Shown: piece after piece, positions 1 through 12,176 of the stretch | How positions within the stretch are numbered: the stretch's first letter is position 1 | Layout of the letters: the number at the start of each line of letters is the position of its first letter | Assembly: GCF_006345805.1 (NCBI RefSeq) | Contig: NC_043022.1 | Span: 15,314,001 to 15,378,000 of the forward strand | From: Octopus sinensis | Taxonomy: Eukaryota | Length of the DNA stretch: 64,000 bases | Reading direction: 5' to 3' | Made by a program: the position numbers and the translations under genes | Notes under the pieces: generated by a model | What the model saw: the letters and a program-made list of their open reading frames with translations, nothing else | Database searches by the model: none | Told to the model about the DNA's origin: nothing

Positions 1-548
1 ATCATTTAATGTCTGTTTTTTATGCTGGCATGGGTTGGACAGCCTGACAGGATCTGGCAAGGCCAGGGGCCATACCAAGGTCCATAGTCTGTTCTTGGTC
101 TGGTTTCTATAGCTGGAAACCCTTCCTAACACCAACCATTCCACAAAGTGTACTGTGTGATTTTTACATGACACTGCAGTTTCAGGATCTCAATTCTGTA
201 GTGGTGGGCAGGTCTTCCTGAGACACAGCAATGTGCCACATATCACAGTCCTCTGTCATCTCCTTTGTAAAGCTCAACATTTTAAGATCGGCCCTTCAAT
301 GCTTCCTCCTGGGTCTTCTTGGGTCTCCCTCTTCCACAAGTTCCCTCCACCTCCTTATGCAACTGTGCTCATCCATTCGCATCAGACAACCAAATCAGAA
401 CAGTCTTCTCTCTTGCACCATCCACAGAATTCCTCTTATGCCCAGCGTCTCCCTCAATACACCAGCGCTCTTCCACACAGACACACTGACATTGCACATC
501 CAGCAGACCATACCACCAGCTTCAATCCACTCCAGCCTTCACATGTCC
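1..548 (-). mobile_element. RTE-clade LINE 3' end: decayed ORF2 C-terminus plus 3' UTR and start of (GAT)n tail
   Basis: Manual minus-strand translation gives MVCWMCNVSVSVWKSAGVLRETLGIRGILWMVQERRLF*FGCLMRMDEHSCIRR, a frameshift, then EVEGTCGRGRPKKTQEEALK..LKMLSFTKEMTEDCDMWHIAV. This is the typical RTE C-terminal RRL.WFGH.MRM...GRGRP(R/K)KTW pattern. It runs into the ggttggtgttagaaggg..tccagc..ccaacccatgccagcat..taaatgat tail. Confidence 0.85.
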
Positions 549-796
549 TATATACATACATATACACCTTCTACTATGTATATAGTTAGCTGAAATGTTC
601 CGTACACTTGACACATAAAAATGTAATAGTATATCTTCCTTTCTATCTCTAACGAGATTCTACTTTACAACGATTTACTTATTTCAATTAAAATCTTTAA
701 AGTCTGAATCAAAACAGCTGTCAGGGATTATGTCTATTTTTGCAATTAATAAATATAATTACTCTCTATTGATTACTCTATTTTCTTATATAGCTC

Positions 797-1003
797 TGTC
801 TGGCACCAGTGCGGGTGGCACGTAAAAAGCACCCACTACACTCACGGAGTGGTTGGCGTTAGGAAGGGCATCCAGCCGTAGAAACACTGCCAGATTTGAC
901 TGGGCCTGATGAAGCCTTCTGGCTTCACAGACCCCAGTAGAACCGTCCAACCCATGCTAGCATGGAAAACGGACGCTAAATGATGATGATGATGATGATG
1001 ATA
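797..1003 (+). mobile_element. Family C repeat (RTE-type 3' end with (GAT)n tail)
   Basis: ggcacgtaaaaagcacccactacac..ggttggcgttaggaagggcatccagc..ccaacccatgctagcatggaaaacggacgctaaa(tga)n; near-identical to 28795-29000. Confidence 0.85.
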
Positions 1004-1064
1004 TAGTAGAAATATGTTACAAAAAGAAAATATAAAATATATATATACATGCATACATATATAT

Positions 1065-1235
1065 ATATCATCATCAGTTAACATCCATTGTTCATGCTGG
1101 TGGCATGGGTTGGACAGCTTGACCATGGCTGGTAAGCTGGAAGGCTGCACCAGACACCAGTCTGTTTTGGCATTGTTTCCAAAGCTGGATGCCCTTCCTA
1201 ATACCAAGCACTCTGAGAGTGCAATGGCTGCTAAA
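1065..1235 (-). mobile_element. Family C repeat (RTE-type 3' end)
   Basis: Reverse complement of the same tail, beginning catcatcagttaacatccattgttcatgctgg. Confidence 0.75.
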
Positions 1236-1256
1236 TGTATACGCACCCTTACTATA

Positions 1257-1340
1257 CAGTAATCCCTCGACTATCGGGGGATTCCAAAACCCCGACGTGG
1301 TAGGTGAAAATCTATGAAGTAGAAACAGTACATACAATGC
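1257..1340. mobile_element. Tigger/pogo-like MITE end
   Basis: TA|CAGTAATCCCTCGACTATC terminus followed by ccaaaaccc..ggtgaaaatc..gaagtagaaac; related copy at 4183. Confidence 0.55.
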
Positions 1341-1554
1341 CATTTTCATGTTGGTACCTTGGGCAAGTGACCCCTTTTATAACCCCAGGATAACCAAAGC
1401 ATTGTAAGCACATTTTGCAGCCAAAGAAACTGAAAGAAGCCTGTCACGTGTGTGTGTGTGTCTTGACATTGTATATATATATATATATAATAATTTAATA
1501 AATAAAATATATGCATACATACATACATGTATGTACCTACATCTACATGTATAT

Positions 1555-1584
<30 letters not shown>

Positions 1585-1587
<3 letters not shown>

Positions 1588-1752
1588 AGTACAGGACACC
1601 ACAAATAAACGTAGAACTCAACGAGAAACGAAAACATAAAATCAAACAAGGAAACGGACTTTTTTTAACAACGAAAAAACAGAGTACAGGACAAACAATA
1701 CAAGGAATATTCCCCTTCATCAGCTGTCCCTAGTTCGACTCAATACATGTTT
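1585..1752 (-). mobile_element. Penelope-like short repeat fragment
   Basis: tatgagtacaggacacc..gagaaacgaaaacat..gagtacaggacaaa..ccccttc unit, also at 46850-47075 and 36575-36605; minus strand carries ctgatgaagggg and gaaacatgta. Confidence 0.45.
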
Positions 1753-3157
1753 CATATATATATATATATATATATATATGATTGATTGATTGATTCTAGT
1801 TTCAGCTCACGAGCTGTGGCCATGCTGGGGCACCGATATATATATATACATGCATATGTATATACACAAGCACTCTCACTTGTTTCCAGTCCTTCACGAA
1901 AACTGTATTTGGCAACGGGGAAAGTAATGCCTTTCTTGGAAACAGGCGAGTGTTGGCGCCAGGGAAGGCATCCGAGCATGGAAAAAAATCTGCTTCAATG
2001 AATTCCACCTGATCCATGCAAGCATGGAAAAGAGGACATTAAGACAATGATGACGACCACGATGATGATGATGACAATGATGACGGTGAGTCATAGAAAG
2101 AGAAAAAGGAAAAGAAGATTGTCATACAAAATCTTTGTGTATGACAACTTCACATTATACAAGGACAACACACGCACACACACACACATGCACACAGACA
2201 CACACACACACATGTACATGCATGCCGCACACACGCACACACACACACACTGCTGATGGAAGGAAGAAGCTGTTTACTCTGACATGACATTTAATCCAGT
2301 AGGTTGGTTGACAATAAAGTACAATACTAATGGAAGGTGGTGGGAGGGATGGTGGTGGTGGTGAGGAGGAAGAGGAGGGGGGAGAGGTGGCAGAATGATG
2401 ACAATAAACGTCTGCATATATATGTGTGTGTGTGTGTGTGTGTATGTATATATGTATGTATGTATGTGTGTGTGTATGAGTATGTGTTTGCAAGTGGATA
2501 CAACACAATCTAACAGGAAAATACTTGTAAATATACACACATGTATGTATATGTGTATGTATATATATATATATATATACCACATACACACACACACACA
2601 CACGTACACACATACACAAGTACATACGTCAATCAGGTTTACATAATACATACTTGCTGAAGGTATTGTTTCTCTCTTTCTCCTTCCATCCCTCTCTACA
2701 CACATATTTGTGTGTGTTGTATGTGTATGTATGTATGTATATATAATATATATATATACACACACATCTTACATGGAATAGATACATACATTTCAAGGTA
2801 GTAATGTCTTGTGGATATATTTATTAACATTCACAGCAAAATATTATCTTCTTTTGTGTGTGTGTATGTGTTTACATATACACCACAATGATATCTTTGT
2901 CCGTAGGTGTGCGTGTAGGTATATAGTCAGAGAGACAGAGAGATAAACAGAGAGAGGGGGGGAGAGACTGATAGACAGGGAGATGGGCAAATACACAGAC
3001 AGGTAAACAGAGAAAAATTGACAAAGAGTCAGAAACAAAATGTTTCTCGATATTTCCATTACTGCACACAGAGGTGGGCTGTACAGAGATAATGGTTTCA
3101 TAGGTAGGAATGAAATCATTTTGATGATTACTGAAAAGGGGAAGCTAACCCGTAATA

Positions 3158-3298
3158 TTAGGTTGTCCCAAAAGTTCGTAAACACTTGTGAAAATTGAAT
3201 TTTTACTCGCCAAGTACTAACAAAAACAACAAAAATTATTCCTCAAAATAAAGACCATTATTTTCCAAGACTTTCTACGAACTTTTGGGACAACCTTA
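3158..3298. mobile_element. Mariner-type MITE (141 bp)
   Basis: TIRs ttaggttgtcccaaaagttcgta / tacgaacttttgggacaacctta (1 mismatch), TA on both sides. Confidence 0.85.
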
Positions 3299-3578
3299 TA
3301 TTTGCCAAATATTTTGAAACAAAACTACCAGGTGTCGAGGTTAATTGTGTTTAGCAAGATTAATTTAGAACAACATAAGAATATGGAAAACCTTTTAAAT
3401 TACGACAGTATGGTAAGCTAAATAACAGTGTTCACTGTTATACATTACATAATGTATAACAGTGTTCACTGTTATACATTACATAATGTACATAGTGAAC
3501 AACACATGGCACACATTATGCAATATATATGCATACATTGTATAACATTACACCGCATGCATCATGACATACATAATA

Positions 3579-4144
3579 TTGGATTGTCCGGAAAGTTCTT
3601 GCCGATTTTTAAAGGAAAGAAAAAGGTCAATAAATACTTGCCATTACATTTTTAATCAACCAAATATGAACCATTTTGTTGCACAATGCATCTCCATCTT
3701 TCCTTTAACTTGAAAAAACCCTCTTCCCAGAATTGAGGTGGTTTCGTGGCAAAGAATTCATCAAGGTATCTTTTTACATCATCCAAGGAATTGAAATTTT
3801 TACCATTAAGACTATTCTGCAGAGACCTGAATAAGTGGAAATCCAAAGGAGCAATATCTGGTGAATATGGAGGGTGGGGTAACACATCCCAGTCGAGCTG
3901 CAGCAATTTTTGTCTGGTTCCCAAAGCATCAAGTGCCGAAAATGAACTTTCTTATCTTCCATTTTAAAGGGTTCCAGAATTAACACAGATTATAGGAACA
4001 TAAACCTTCTTCCACAAAAAGATAGCTTAAACTGTGCTCTAAATGGAAGTGTAGTCAAATCCTATTTTCTGGACTCAACCATGTTCTAAAATAAGTTGAA
4101 AGGTAAGCTACTATAAATCGGCACAAACTTTCCGGACAACCCAA
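3579..4144 (-). mobile_element. Internally deleted mariner transposon (566 bp)
   Basis: 30-bp TIRs ttggattgtccggaaagttcttgccgattt / aaatcggcacaaactttccggacaacccaa, flanked by TA. N-terminal MEDKKVHFRHLML is fused to the transposase C-terminus. Confidence 0.92.
3652..3924 (-). pseudogene. Mariner transposase C-terminal remnant
   Basis: LPHPPYSPDIAPLDFHLFRSLQNSL...FWEEGFFKLKERWRCIVQQNGSY matches the mariner YSPDLAPSD...W...G.Y signature (third catalytic residue D). Confidence 0.92.
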
Positions 4145-4182
4145 TATATATCATATTAACATACATAACACATTGCATTGTA

Positions 4183-4338
4183 CAATAATCCTTCGACTAC
4201 CACAGGTGCTACATTCCAAAACCCCCAAGGACAGGTGAAAATCCGTGAAGCAGAAACAGTTCCGCACTGTATATTTTCTTTTATTATTTTATAATTCGTA
4301 TATATTTACTTTATTATAACACCGTGGAGGAATCAATG
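4183..4338. mobile_element. Tigger/pogo-like MITE, degenerate
   Basis: TA|caataatccttcgactac ... gtggaggaatcaatg|TA; internal sequence resembles 1257-1340. Confidence 0.5.
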
Positions 4339-4392
4339 TAAGCTTAAATAAGAAACCATGACAGGTCAACCGCGATATGGCGAGAGATTGCT

Positions 4393-4860
4393 GCATATAT
4401 TACATAACACAAATCACACGGCATATATTACACAACACAAATTGCACTGTATGTATTGCATAACACTAATTTCCCAGCAAATATTACATAACACAAATTA
4501 CACTGCATATATTACATAACACAAATTGCACATTATGTCTTGCATAACACAAATTTCCCAGCATATATTACATAACATAAATTACACTGCATATATTACA
4601 TAACACAAATTGCACAGTATGTATTGCATAACACAAATTTCCCCGCATGTATTGCATAACACAAATTGCACAGTATGTACTGCATAACACAGATTTCCCA
4701 GCGTGTATTACATAACACAAATTGCACCGCATCTGTTACATAACACAAATTGCACGGTATGTATTGTATAACACAGATTACACCGTATGTATTGCATAAC
4801 GTAAATTTCTCAGCATATATTACATAATACAAATTGCATGACATGTGTTACATAACACAC
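4393..4860. repeat. 28-bp minisatellite (~16 units)
   Basis: Units such as atatattacataacacaaattgcacagt and atgtattgcataacacaaatttccccgc in tandem; decays further to about 5060. Confidence 0.9.
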
Positions 4861-5651
4861 ACTGTATGTTATATGACATGTAACATTTTTCTTGCATAAC
4901 GTGATATTCGTTGCATAACATGTAGACACTGCCTAACGTTTGTTGCACTGCATACATTAGATAACACACATTTCATAACACACATTGCATAATGGATGTT
5001 TTATAATGCATTTCCATAATGTTGAATACACATTTACATGTATTACGAGACGTTGCATAACATACATAGATTACATATATACACACACATAGATGTGTAT
5101 GTATGTATGTATGTATATAGGTATACAATTATGTATATATATATATATATATGTATGCATTTATAAGTATATATGTAGACGCATATATCTGCCTATGCAC
5201 GTATGTAATGTGATACAAACACCCACGTGTTTATACACTCACAAAACTGCATGTGTGTGTGCATACACACTCCCCTCTTTAGGTCATTTTGGTCATTAAA
5301 GGCGAGCCCAAGCTGGGGCACTACATATGGAATTTCATAGATTGTGTTACCTCCATAAAACATTAGCTTGTAAATAGGATGAAGAATTGGTTGTTGAATT
5401 GTTGTTGGTTAATGGAGAGGAGAAGGTCATAGAAGGAGAGTCTCATACATTTCATTCACATTATGTGTACACACACACACAAATGTGTATACAAACATTT
5501 TATATACACACACATTTTATAGGTGTATATATATATATATATATATATATACATGCAAACTAACATGTAATTATATATACACATACAGATTTCACATACA
5601 TACACAAACACACATTTTATATACATGTATATATAAACTTTTATCTACTTA

Positions 5652-5687
<36 letters not shown>

Positions 5688-6159
5688 CATGCACATTATG
5701 TGTGTGTGTATGTATATACAATATATATATATATATATATATATAAACATATGCATATAATATACATACACACACACACTATTCATATATATATATATAT
5801 ACATATACATACATATATACATACCTACAATATTCATGAATATATATATATACACACACACACACCTCACTAACCCCTCCACCACTGTTCTACTGCCCCA
5901 CCAACCCAATAACTCATCCCCCCCCCGCCTTCATGCGCACCACCACCTACCCCTCACCCACCTAAAAGCTCTCAACAATCCAAGTATGTAACATTTAACC
6001 TGACCTATCTCTTTCTCTCTCTCTGTCCCCTCCACTCTCACTCACTCTCTCTCCCTCCACTCCAATCTCTCCCCCTCCCTCTCCTCACTCACAACACTTC
6101 ATGGCATTCTCTGTTGTTCACCAAGAAATAGGAGACTCAACTGGTACTTGGTGTGTGTC

Positions 6160-6350
6160 TGTTGTTTTAGCCCTAGGTCTGTTGCCTCCGTCGAGTATCA
6201 TCGAGACTGACAGTGTTCCACCCATGACCATCATGTCGTATTCTCAGACACTACATAGGTCCAACATGTAGTACCTTCGTTTTTAAGACGGTTGGGTGTA
6301 ATTGAAGGGAGATTTGACTACTATTTCTAGCAGACTGAAAGACCATTTGA
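6160..6350 (+). repeat. Family F dispersed ~200-bp repeat
   Basis: gttttagccctaggtc..catgaccatc..ttttaagacgg..gggagatttgactactatttctagcag; relatives at 7460, 15900, 23280, 33775, 34055, 34430, 35640 and 38800-40140. Confidence 0.6.
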
Positions 6351-6823
6351 AGGCCTGTCTCTCCTTTCACATATTTGCTGGTTGTGGTGACAGCAGGGGT
6401 GGGGGCGATGATGGTGGGGGAGGTTGTGGTGGCAGTGGAGGTTGCAGTGGAAGTGGTAGAAGCACTGGTGGTGGTGGTGGTGGTGGTGGTGGTAGAAGTG
6501 GTGGTGAGAGCAATGGAGTGGTGGTGGTTGTTTAACCCAGGGCAGGCCTGATCAAGGCCACATACCATCAAAGCCGTTCCAGTCACAACAACATCTATCT
6601 TTTTCTTTTACTTGTGTCAGTCATTAGACTAAGGCCATGCTGGGGCACTGCCTTGAAGAGATTTTAGCCAAAAATCAACCCCAGTACATTTTTCTGGGTT
6701 TTTTTTAAACCCAGTAATGATTCTATTGTTCCCTTCTCAAACTTCTGATGTTATTGGGACGTAAACAAACCAACACCGGCTGTCAAGCGGTTGTAGGGAA
6801 CAAACATTTATATACATATGTAC

Positions 6824-7021
6824 TACTCATTTACTTGTTTCAGTCATTTGACTGCGGCCATGCTGGAGCACCGCCTGTAGTCAAAGCTACTGACCCCAGG
6901 ACTTATTCTTTGTAAGCCTAGTAGTTATTCCATCGGTCTCTTTTGCCAAACCGCTAACCTACGGGGATGTAAACATACCAGCATCGGTTGTCAAGCGATG
7001 TTGGGGGGACAAACACAGACA

Positions 7022-7069
<48 letters not shown>

Positions 7070-7408
7070 CACATATATACATACATATATACGATGGGCT
7101 TCTTTCAGTTTCCATCTACCAAATCCACTCACAAGGCTTTGGTAGGCGCAAGGCTATAGTAGAAAACACCTGCCCAAGGTGCCACGCAGTGGGACTGAAC
7201 CTGGAACCATGTGGTTCGTAAGCAAGCTACTTGTGTATATATATACAATGGGCTTCTTTCAGTTTCCATCTACCAAATCCTTTCACAAAGCTTTGGTCTG
7301 TCCAAGGCAATAGCAGAAGACACTCGCCCAAGGTGCCACACAGTGGGACTGAACCTGGAACCACGTGGTTGGGAAGTAGACTTCTTACCACACAGTCACA
7401 CCCGCACC
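6824..7408 (-). mobile_element. SINE family A (tRNA-derived) with a duplicated head
   Basis: Reverse complement of the family A consensus 6824-7232, then a second head at 7245-7408. Confidence 0.85.
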
Positions 7409-7880
7409 TTACCTTTGGTTTTTTTCTTTTCAAGAGAACAACAATTATAAAATGCATATAGTGTTATTTGAGGAAGATTTGGCTGCTATTTCTAACAATC
7501 TGAGCAACCACGAAGAGTTCGCTCGCACCCTCCTCGTTAAGTCGTGGTGTCAGGTGGAAGTAGTTCCAAGAGAACAGTTAGTCACGGCGCCAAGTCTGTG
7601 ACTAAGTGGCGCCTAAGGAATAATAAGGCGCCCTCTTATCATTGGATACAAATATTAATAAAATAATTCTTGAAGAGTCTGACCGGGTTTTTGTTTTTGT
7701 TTTGTTGTTATTTTTTTCTTTTCTTGGTTCCAAGTGGCAAGAAACCATTTTAAGCAGAGGATGAAGAATGACACACAACGTAAGCATCTCTAAACACCTC
7801 ATACAGTAACGAGTTAACTAATTTTTATGTCCTGAATTCAAACCTTAGGCAAGTTAATTACTTGATTCATTCTTTCATCA

Positions 7881-8293
7881 GGCGCAGGAGTGGCTGTGTG
7901 GTAAGTAGCTTGCTAACCAACCACATGGTTCCGGGTTCAGTCCCACTGCGTGGCATCTTGGGCAAGTGTCTTCTACTATAGACTCGGGCCGACCAATACC
8001 TTGTGAGTGGATTTGGTAGACGGAAACTGAAAGAAGCCCATCGTATATATGTATATATATGTATATGTATGTGTGTGTTTGTATTTGTCCCCCTAGCATT
8101 GCTTGACAACCGATGCTGGTGTGTTTACGTCCCCGTCACTTAGCGGTTCGGCAAAAGAGACCGATAGAATAAGTACTGGGCTTACAAAAGAATAAGTCCC
8201 GGGGTCGATTTGCTCGACTAAAGGCGGTGCTCCAGCATGGCCGCAGTCAAATGACTGAAACAAGTAAAAGAGTAAAAGAGAAAGAGTAAAGAG
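7881..8293 (+). mobile_element. SINE family A, full length
   Basis: A-box-like tggctgtgtgg, B-box-like ggttcagtccc, internal (TA/TG)n, 3' aaggcggtgctccagcatggccgcagtcaaatgactgaaacaa(gtaaaaga)n. Probably belongs to the octopus tRNA-derived SINE group; exact family name needs a library search. Confidence 0.92.
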
Positions 8294-8409
8294 TTTCACT
8301 TCTTAGACAGAAATACATGCAGCGATCCTAAGCCCGAAAGTGACAGGCCCTTGTTAGGGGCCCCTGAAACTTTAAGTCGCACAGAACTGAATCAACCTGT
8401 TTTAAATAA

Positions 8410-8560
8410 TCATCATCATCGTTTAACGTCCGCTTTCCATGCTGGCATGGGTTGGACGTTTTGACTGAGGGCTGGAGAATCAAAAGGATGCATCAGGCTC
8501 CAGTCTGATCTGGCAAGGTTTCTACAGCTGGATGCTCTTCTTAACGCTAACCACTCCAAG
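8410..8560 (-). mobile_element. Family C repeat (RTE-type 3' end)
   Basis: (cat)n cgtttaacgtccgctttccatgctggcatgggttggac..ctacagctggatgc. Confidence 0.8.
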
Positions 8561-9368
8561 TAAGTCCTGGGGTCAATTTGTTTGACTAAAGGCAGTGCTC
8601 CAGCATGACCTCACTCAAATGACTGAAACAAGTAAAAGAATTAAAAGAATATACATATCATTCGCAGGCTTCAGAACAGTCTCCGTCAACTAAATTTCAT
8701 AAAAAATTGCTTTCACCACCACCAGTGCTTCTACCACTTCCACTGCAACCTCCACCGCCACCACAACTCTCCCACCATCATTGCCCCCACCCCTACTGTC
8801 ACCACAACCAGCAAATATGCGAAAGGAGAGACAGGCCTTCAAATGGTCTTTCAGTCTGCTAGAAACAGTAGTTTATAACAAAAGACATTTTCCTAAGGAG
8901 CAGGGCAGTAAAACTGAACCCAGAACTTAGGCGATTGTGAAGCAAGCTCCTTAACCCCAAAGCCATCTGAGAAATGATACAATCAACCAAGTCCCCACCC
9001 CCCACTTGCCCCTTTCAACACTTTAGCCTTGTGTCTCATTAAGAACTACTTGTTTAATTCCAAGACCAATTATGGTAAGTGCCACAGATCAAGTGGCTAA
9101 CACCTGACAAATTGAAGATCGTTAGTGGCTCGCTTTTAATTTCTGATTGTAGTCATAATAATTCTTCACCTTCTCTGCTAAATTATTGGAAATGCTGAGA
9201 ATTTAACAGACTTCGGTGCTGCCTCTTCTTCTGTCAAAATTAATCTTGGCAAAACTGGCAAACCAACAAATTCATCCTTGTCACCTCTTCCCACTGGACG
9301 ACGAATTTGAGCAGGATGGTCAATCGATTAACTTGACCCCAGTACTTGACTGGTACTTTAATGATTAA

Positions 9369-9587
9369 CCCTTTCGATACCAACCCGGCTGAACCGGCTC
9401 TGGCTCTGAGTACAAATGTCTTGTTTTCATAAGTTTTGAATTAAAATCTTCCACCACACCTTAGTCACAATTTATGTTCCTAACACTAGCTGAATGATAA
9501 CTAAGTTATTTTACTAAATTCTTTGTTATATTTAAAGTAATTAAAAGAAACACAGAGCATCTCAAAATAAATACAGTAACAAAAGGG
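9369..9587. mobile_element. piggyBac-like MITE
   Basis: TTAA|CCCTTT...AAAGGG|TTAA; same family as the array at 11470-12176 in opposite orientation. Confidence 0.8.
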
Positions 9588-9921
9588 TTAAGGCAAAGTT
9601 GACTTCAGCAGGATTTGAACTCAGAACATAAAGAACCAAAATAAATGCTGCAAAGTACTTTCACCAATGCTCTAATAATTCTACTGGCTCCCTATCATTA
9701 ATAATAATTCTTTCTATTATACGCATAAGGCCTGAAATTTGGGACTTATTTTATTGACCACGAAAGGATAAAAAGCAAAGTCGATCTCGGCGGAATTTGA
9801 ACTCGCGACGGGTGAAATACTGCTAAGCATTTTGCCCAGCATGCTAATGATTCTGCCAGCTCACTGCCAATGACGATAATATTTTAAAAGGATTGATGTA
9901 ACTCTTCACAAACGCAAAGAG

Positions 9922-10329
9922 CACTCTTTACTCTTCTACTTGTTTCAGTCATTTGACTGCGGCCATGCTGGAGCACCGCCTTTAGTCGAGCAAATCGACC
10001 CCGGGACTTATTCTTTGTAAGCCCAGTACTTATTCTATCAGTCTCTTTTGCCGAACCGCTAAGTGATGGGGACGTAAACACACCAGCATCGGTTGTCAAG
10101 CAATGCTAGGGGGACAAACACAGACACACAAACACACACACATACATATATATATATACATATATACGACAGGCTTCTTTCAGTTTCCGTCTACCAAATC
10201 CACTCACAAGGTATTGGTCGGCCCGAGGCTATAGCAGAAGACACTTGCCCAAGATGCCACGCAGTGGGACTGAACCCGGAACCATGTGGTTGGTTAGCAA
10301 GCTACTTACCACACAGCCACTCCTGCGCC
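9922..10329 (-). mobile_element. SINE family A, full length
   Basis: Reverse complement of 7881-8293 at high identity. Confidence 0.92.
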
Positions 10330-11469
10330 TGTTCATATTGTCAAATAATAATTTATTTTATTGGCCACAAGGGCCCAAGACATGGAGAACAATATCAAAG
10401 GGCAAGATACAACACGCAAAAAAATATAGGTGGGGTTTACATCACCCCAAAGAAGGGAGACAAAAATATTAAAGGATATATAAATAGAAGTTAAGGAAAT
10501 AAAATGAATACAATCTCCAAGTCTCAGCGGAATTTGAACTCAGAACGTATGGCAGATGAAATACAGCTAAGCATTTCGCCCAGTGTGCTAACGTTTCTGC
10601 CAGCCCTCAGCTGGCAATGTTCTAGAAGCCAAATACTCAATCTTGGTCAATGTTTGACCCATGACAGCAGCTCCATCAATGAGAAGAGCTGTGGAAAGAT
10701 GTTGTCATGGGTCTCCAAGGAACAACTTGTTATCACTGTGAGGCCGTTGACAACAGGTTGTTGTCCACCTTTACGAAATTAGCTGGAGGGAGCGAAATCA
10801 AGAGCTGTGACAAGTGAAATGTCTCACAAAAAACAATAATGGTTTCAAATTTTCTCAATGACAGAAAAAATGATGAATCACTTGGATGTCGTATCTGAAG
10901 CGATCGCCAGGAATATCAGGTTTTATACAAAGATACAATATCAATATCCGGCCAACAGCAGCATATCTCGACAAGAGCCAGAAAAACCACCTTAAATTAC
11001 CTAAAAAAACAAACAAACGTAATCCATGACAGGACTTCAGCTCAATGAAGCGAGTTAATGAAACACTCCAATGAACTGCACAATCCTATGAAACTTGAAG
11101 ACGACCAGGAGGAGAAGGCTGCGAACACAAAGCACAGCGTTGGCTCTTCACGGCTAAGGCTGTCCTGGATAATGAGATAATCTCCACAGTTGTTACTTAT
11201 ATGTTACTTATATGTATGTAGCTCAATGAACAAGGTGCAACAAGGATCTGCACTCATGCATGCAATCTGTAGCCAATTCGGTGAACTCGGTGCGTCTTTA
11301 GTGAAGCAAGTCCGTCGAAGAAGCCAATTCAAATGGATTCAGAGACAACGTATTGGTTTCAAATTTTGGACCAAGGCCAGCATTTTCTTGAGGAAGGGGT
11401 AGGCCGATTACATCAACACCAGCGTTTCGTTGGTACTTATTTTATCGACCCCCAAATAATATGCTTTAA

Positions 11470-12176
11470 CCCTCTTGTTACCCTATTTCTGTGGAGAGGC
11501 TCTGTGTTTCTTTCAATTAATTTTAAATACAACAAAGAATTTAGTAAAATAACTTCGTTATCATTAAGCTAGTGTTAGGAACATAAATTGTGACTGAGGT
11601 TTGGTGGAAGATTTTAATTCAAAACTTGTGACAACAAAAACATTTGTACTCAGAGCCAGAATTGGTTTCAGCCGGGTTGGTAATGAAAGGGTTAAGAATT
11701 GTTTCTCTATTATATATTTTAACCCTTTCATTACTGTATTTCTGTTGAGATGTTCTGTGTTTCTTTCAATTACTTTATATATAACAAAGAATTTATCAAA
11801 ATAATTTAGTTATCATTAAGCTAGTGTTAGGAACATAAATTGTGACTAAGGTTTGGTGGAAGATTTTAATTCAAAACTTATGAAAACAAGACATTTGTAC
11901 TACAGAGCCAGAGCTGCTTTCAGCCGGGTTGGTAATGAAAGGGTTAAGAATTGTTTCTCTATTATATATTTTAACCCTTTCATTACTGTATTTCTGTTGA
12001 GATGTTCTGTGTTTCTTTCAATTACTTTATATATAACAAAGAATTTATCAAAATAATTTAGTTATCATTAAGCTAGTGTTAGGAACATAAATTGTGACTA
12101 AGGTTTGGTGGAAGATTTTAATTCAAAACTTATGAAAACAAGACATTTGTACTACAGAGCCAGAGGTGGTTTCAGC
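11470..12176. mobile_element. Tandem array of ~3 piggyBac-like MITEs (252-bp period)
   Basis: TTAA|CCCT starts at 11470, 11723 and 11975; AAAGGG|TTAA ends at 11691 and 11943; the third copy is truncated. Confidence 0.85.

Noticed and set aside
1700-1755. ctgatgaagggg and gaaacatgta on the minus strand (also gaaacgtag..ctgaagaagggg at 46980-47030) as a permuted hammerhead
   Set aside because: Core pieces are present, but I could not close stem I or stem II convincingly in either copy.
7881-7960. tRNA-like sequences at SINE A, B and D heads
   Set aside because: A/B boxes are present but there is no complete cloverleaf, and each continues into a SINE body; not tRNA genes.
9050-9310. Protein-like frames (..NAENLTDFGAASSSVKINLGKT.. 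plus; ..PVGRGDKDEFVGLPVLPRLILTEEE.. minus) and a gtaagt donor at 9075
   Set aside because: Short and stop-bounded; only a vague resemblance to an RT IN..KT motif; cannot be assigned.
10610-10790. Minus-frame LLIDGAAVMGQ resembling a hAT DGA..M.G motif
   Set aside because: The match is too short and an in-frame stop lies just upstream; no other transposase motifs.
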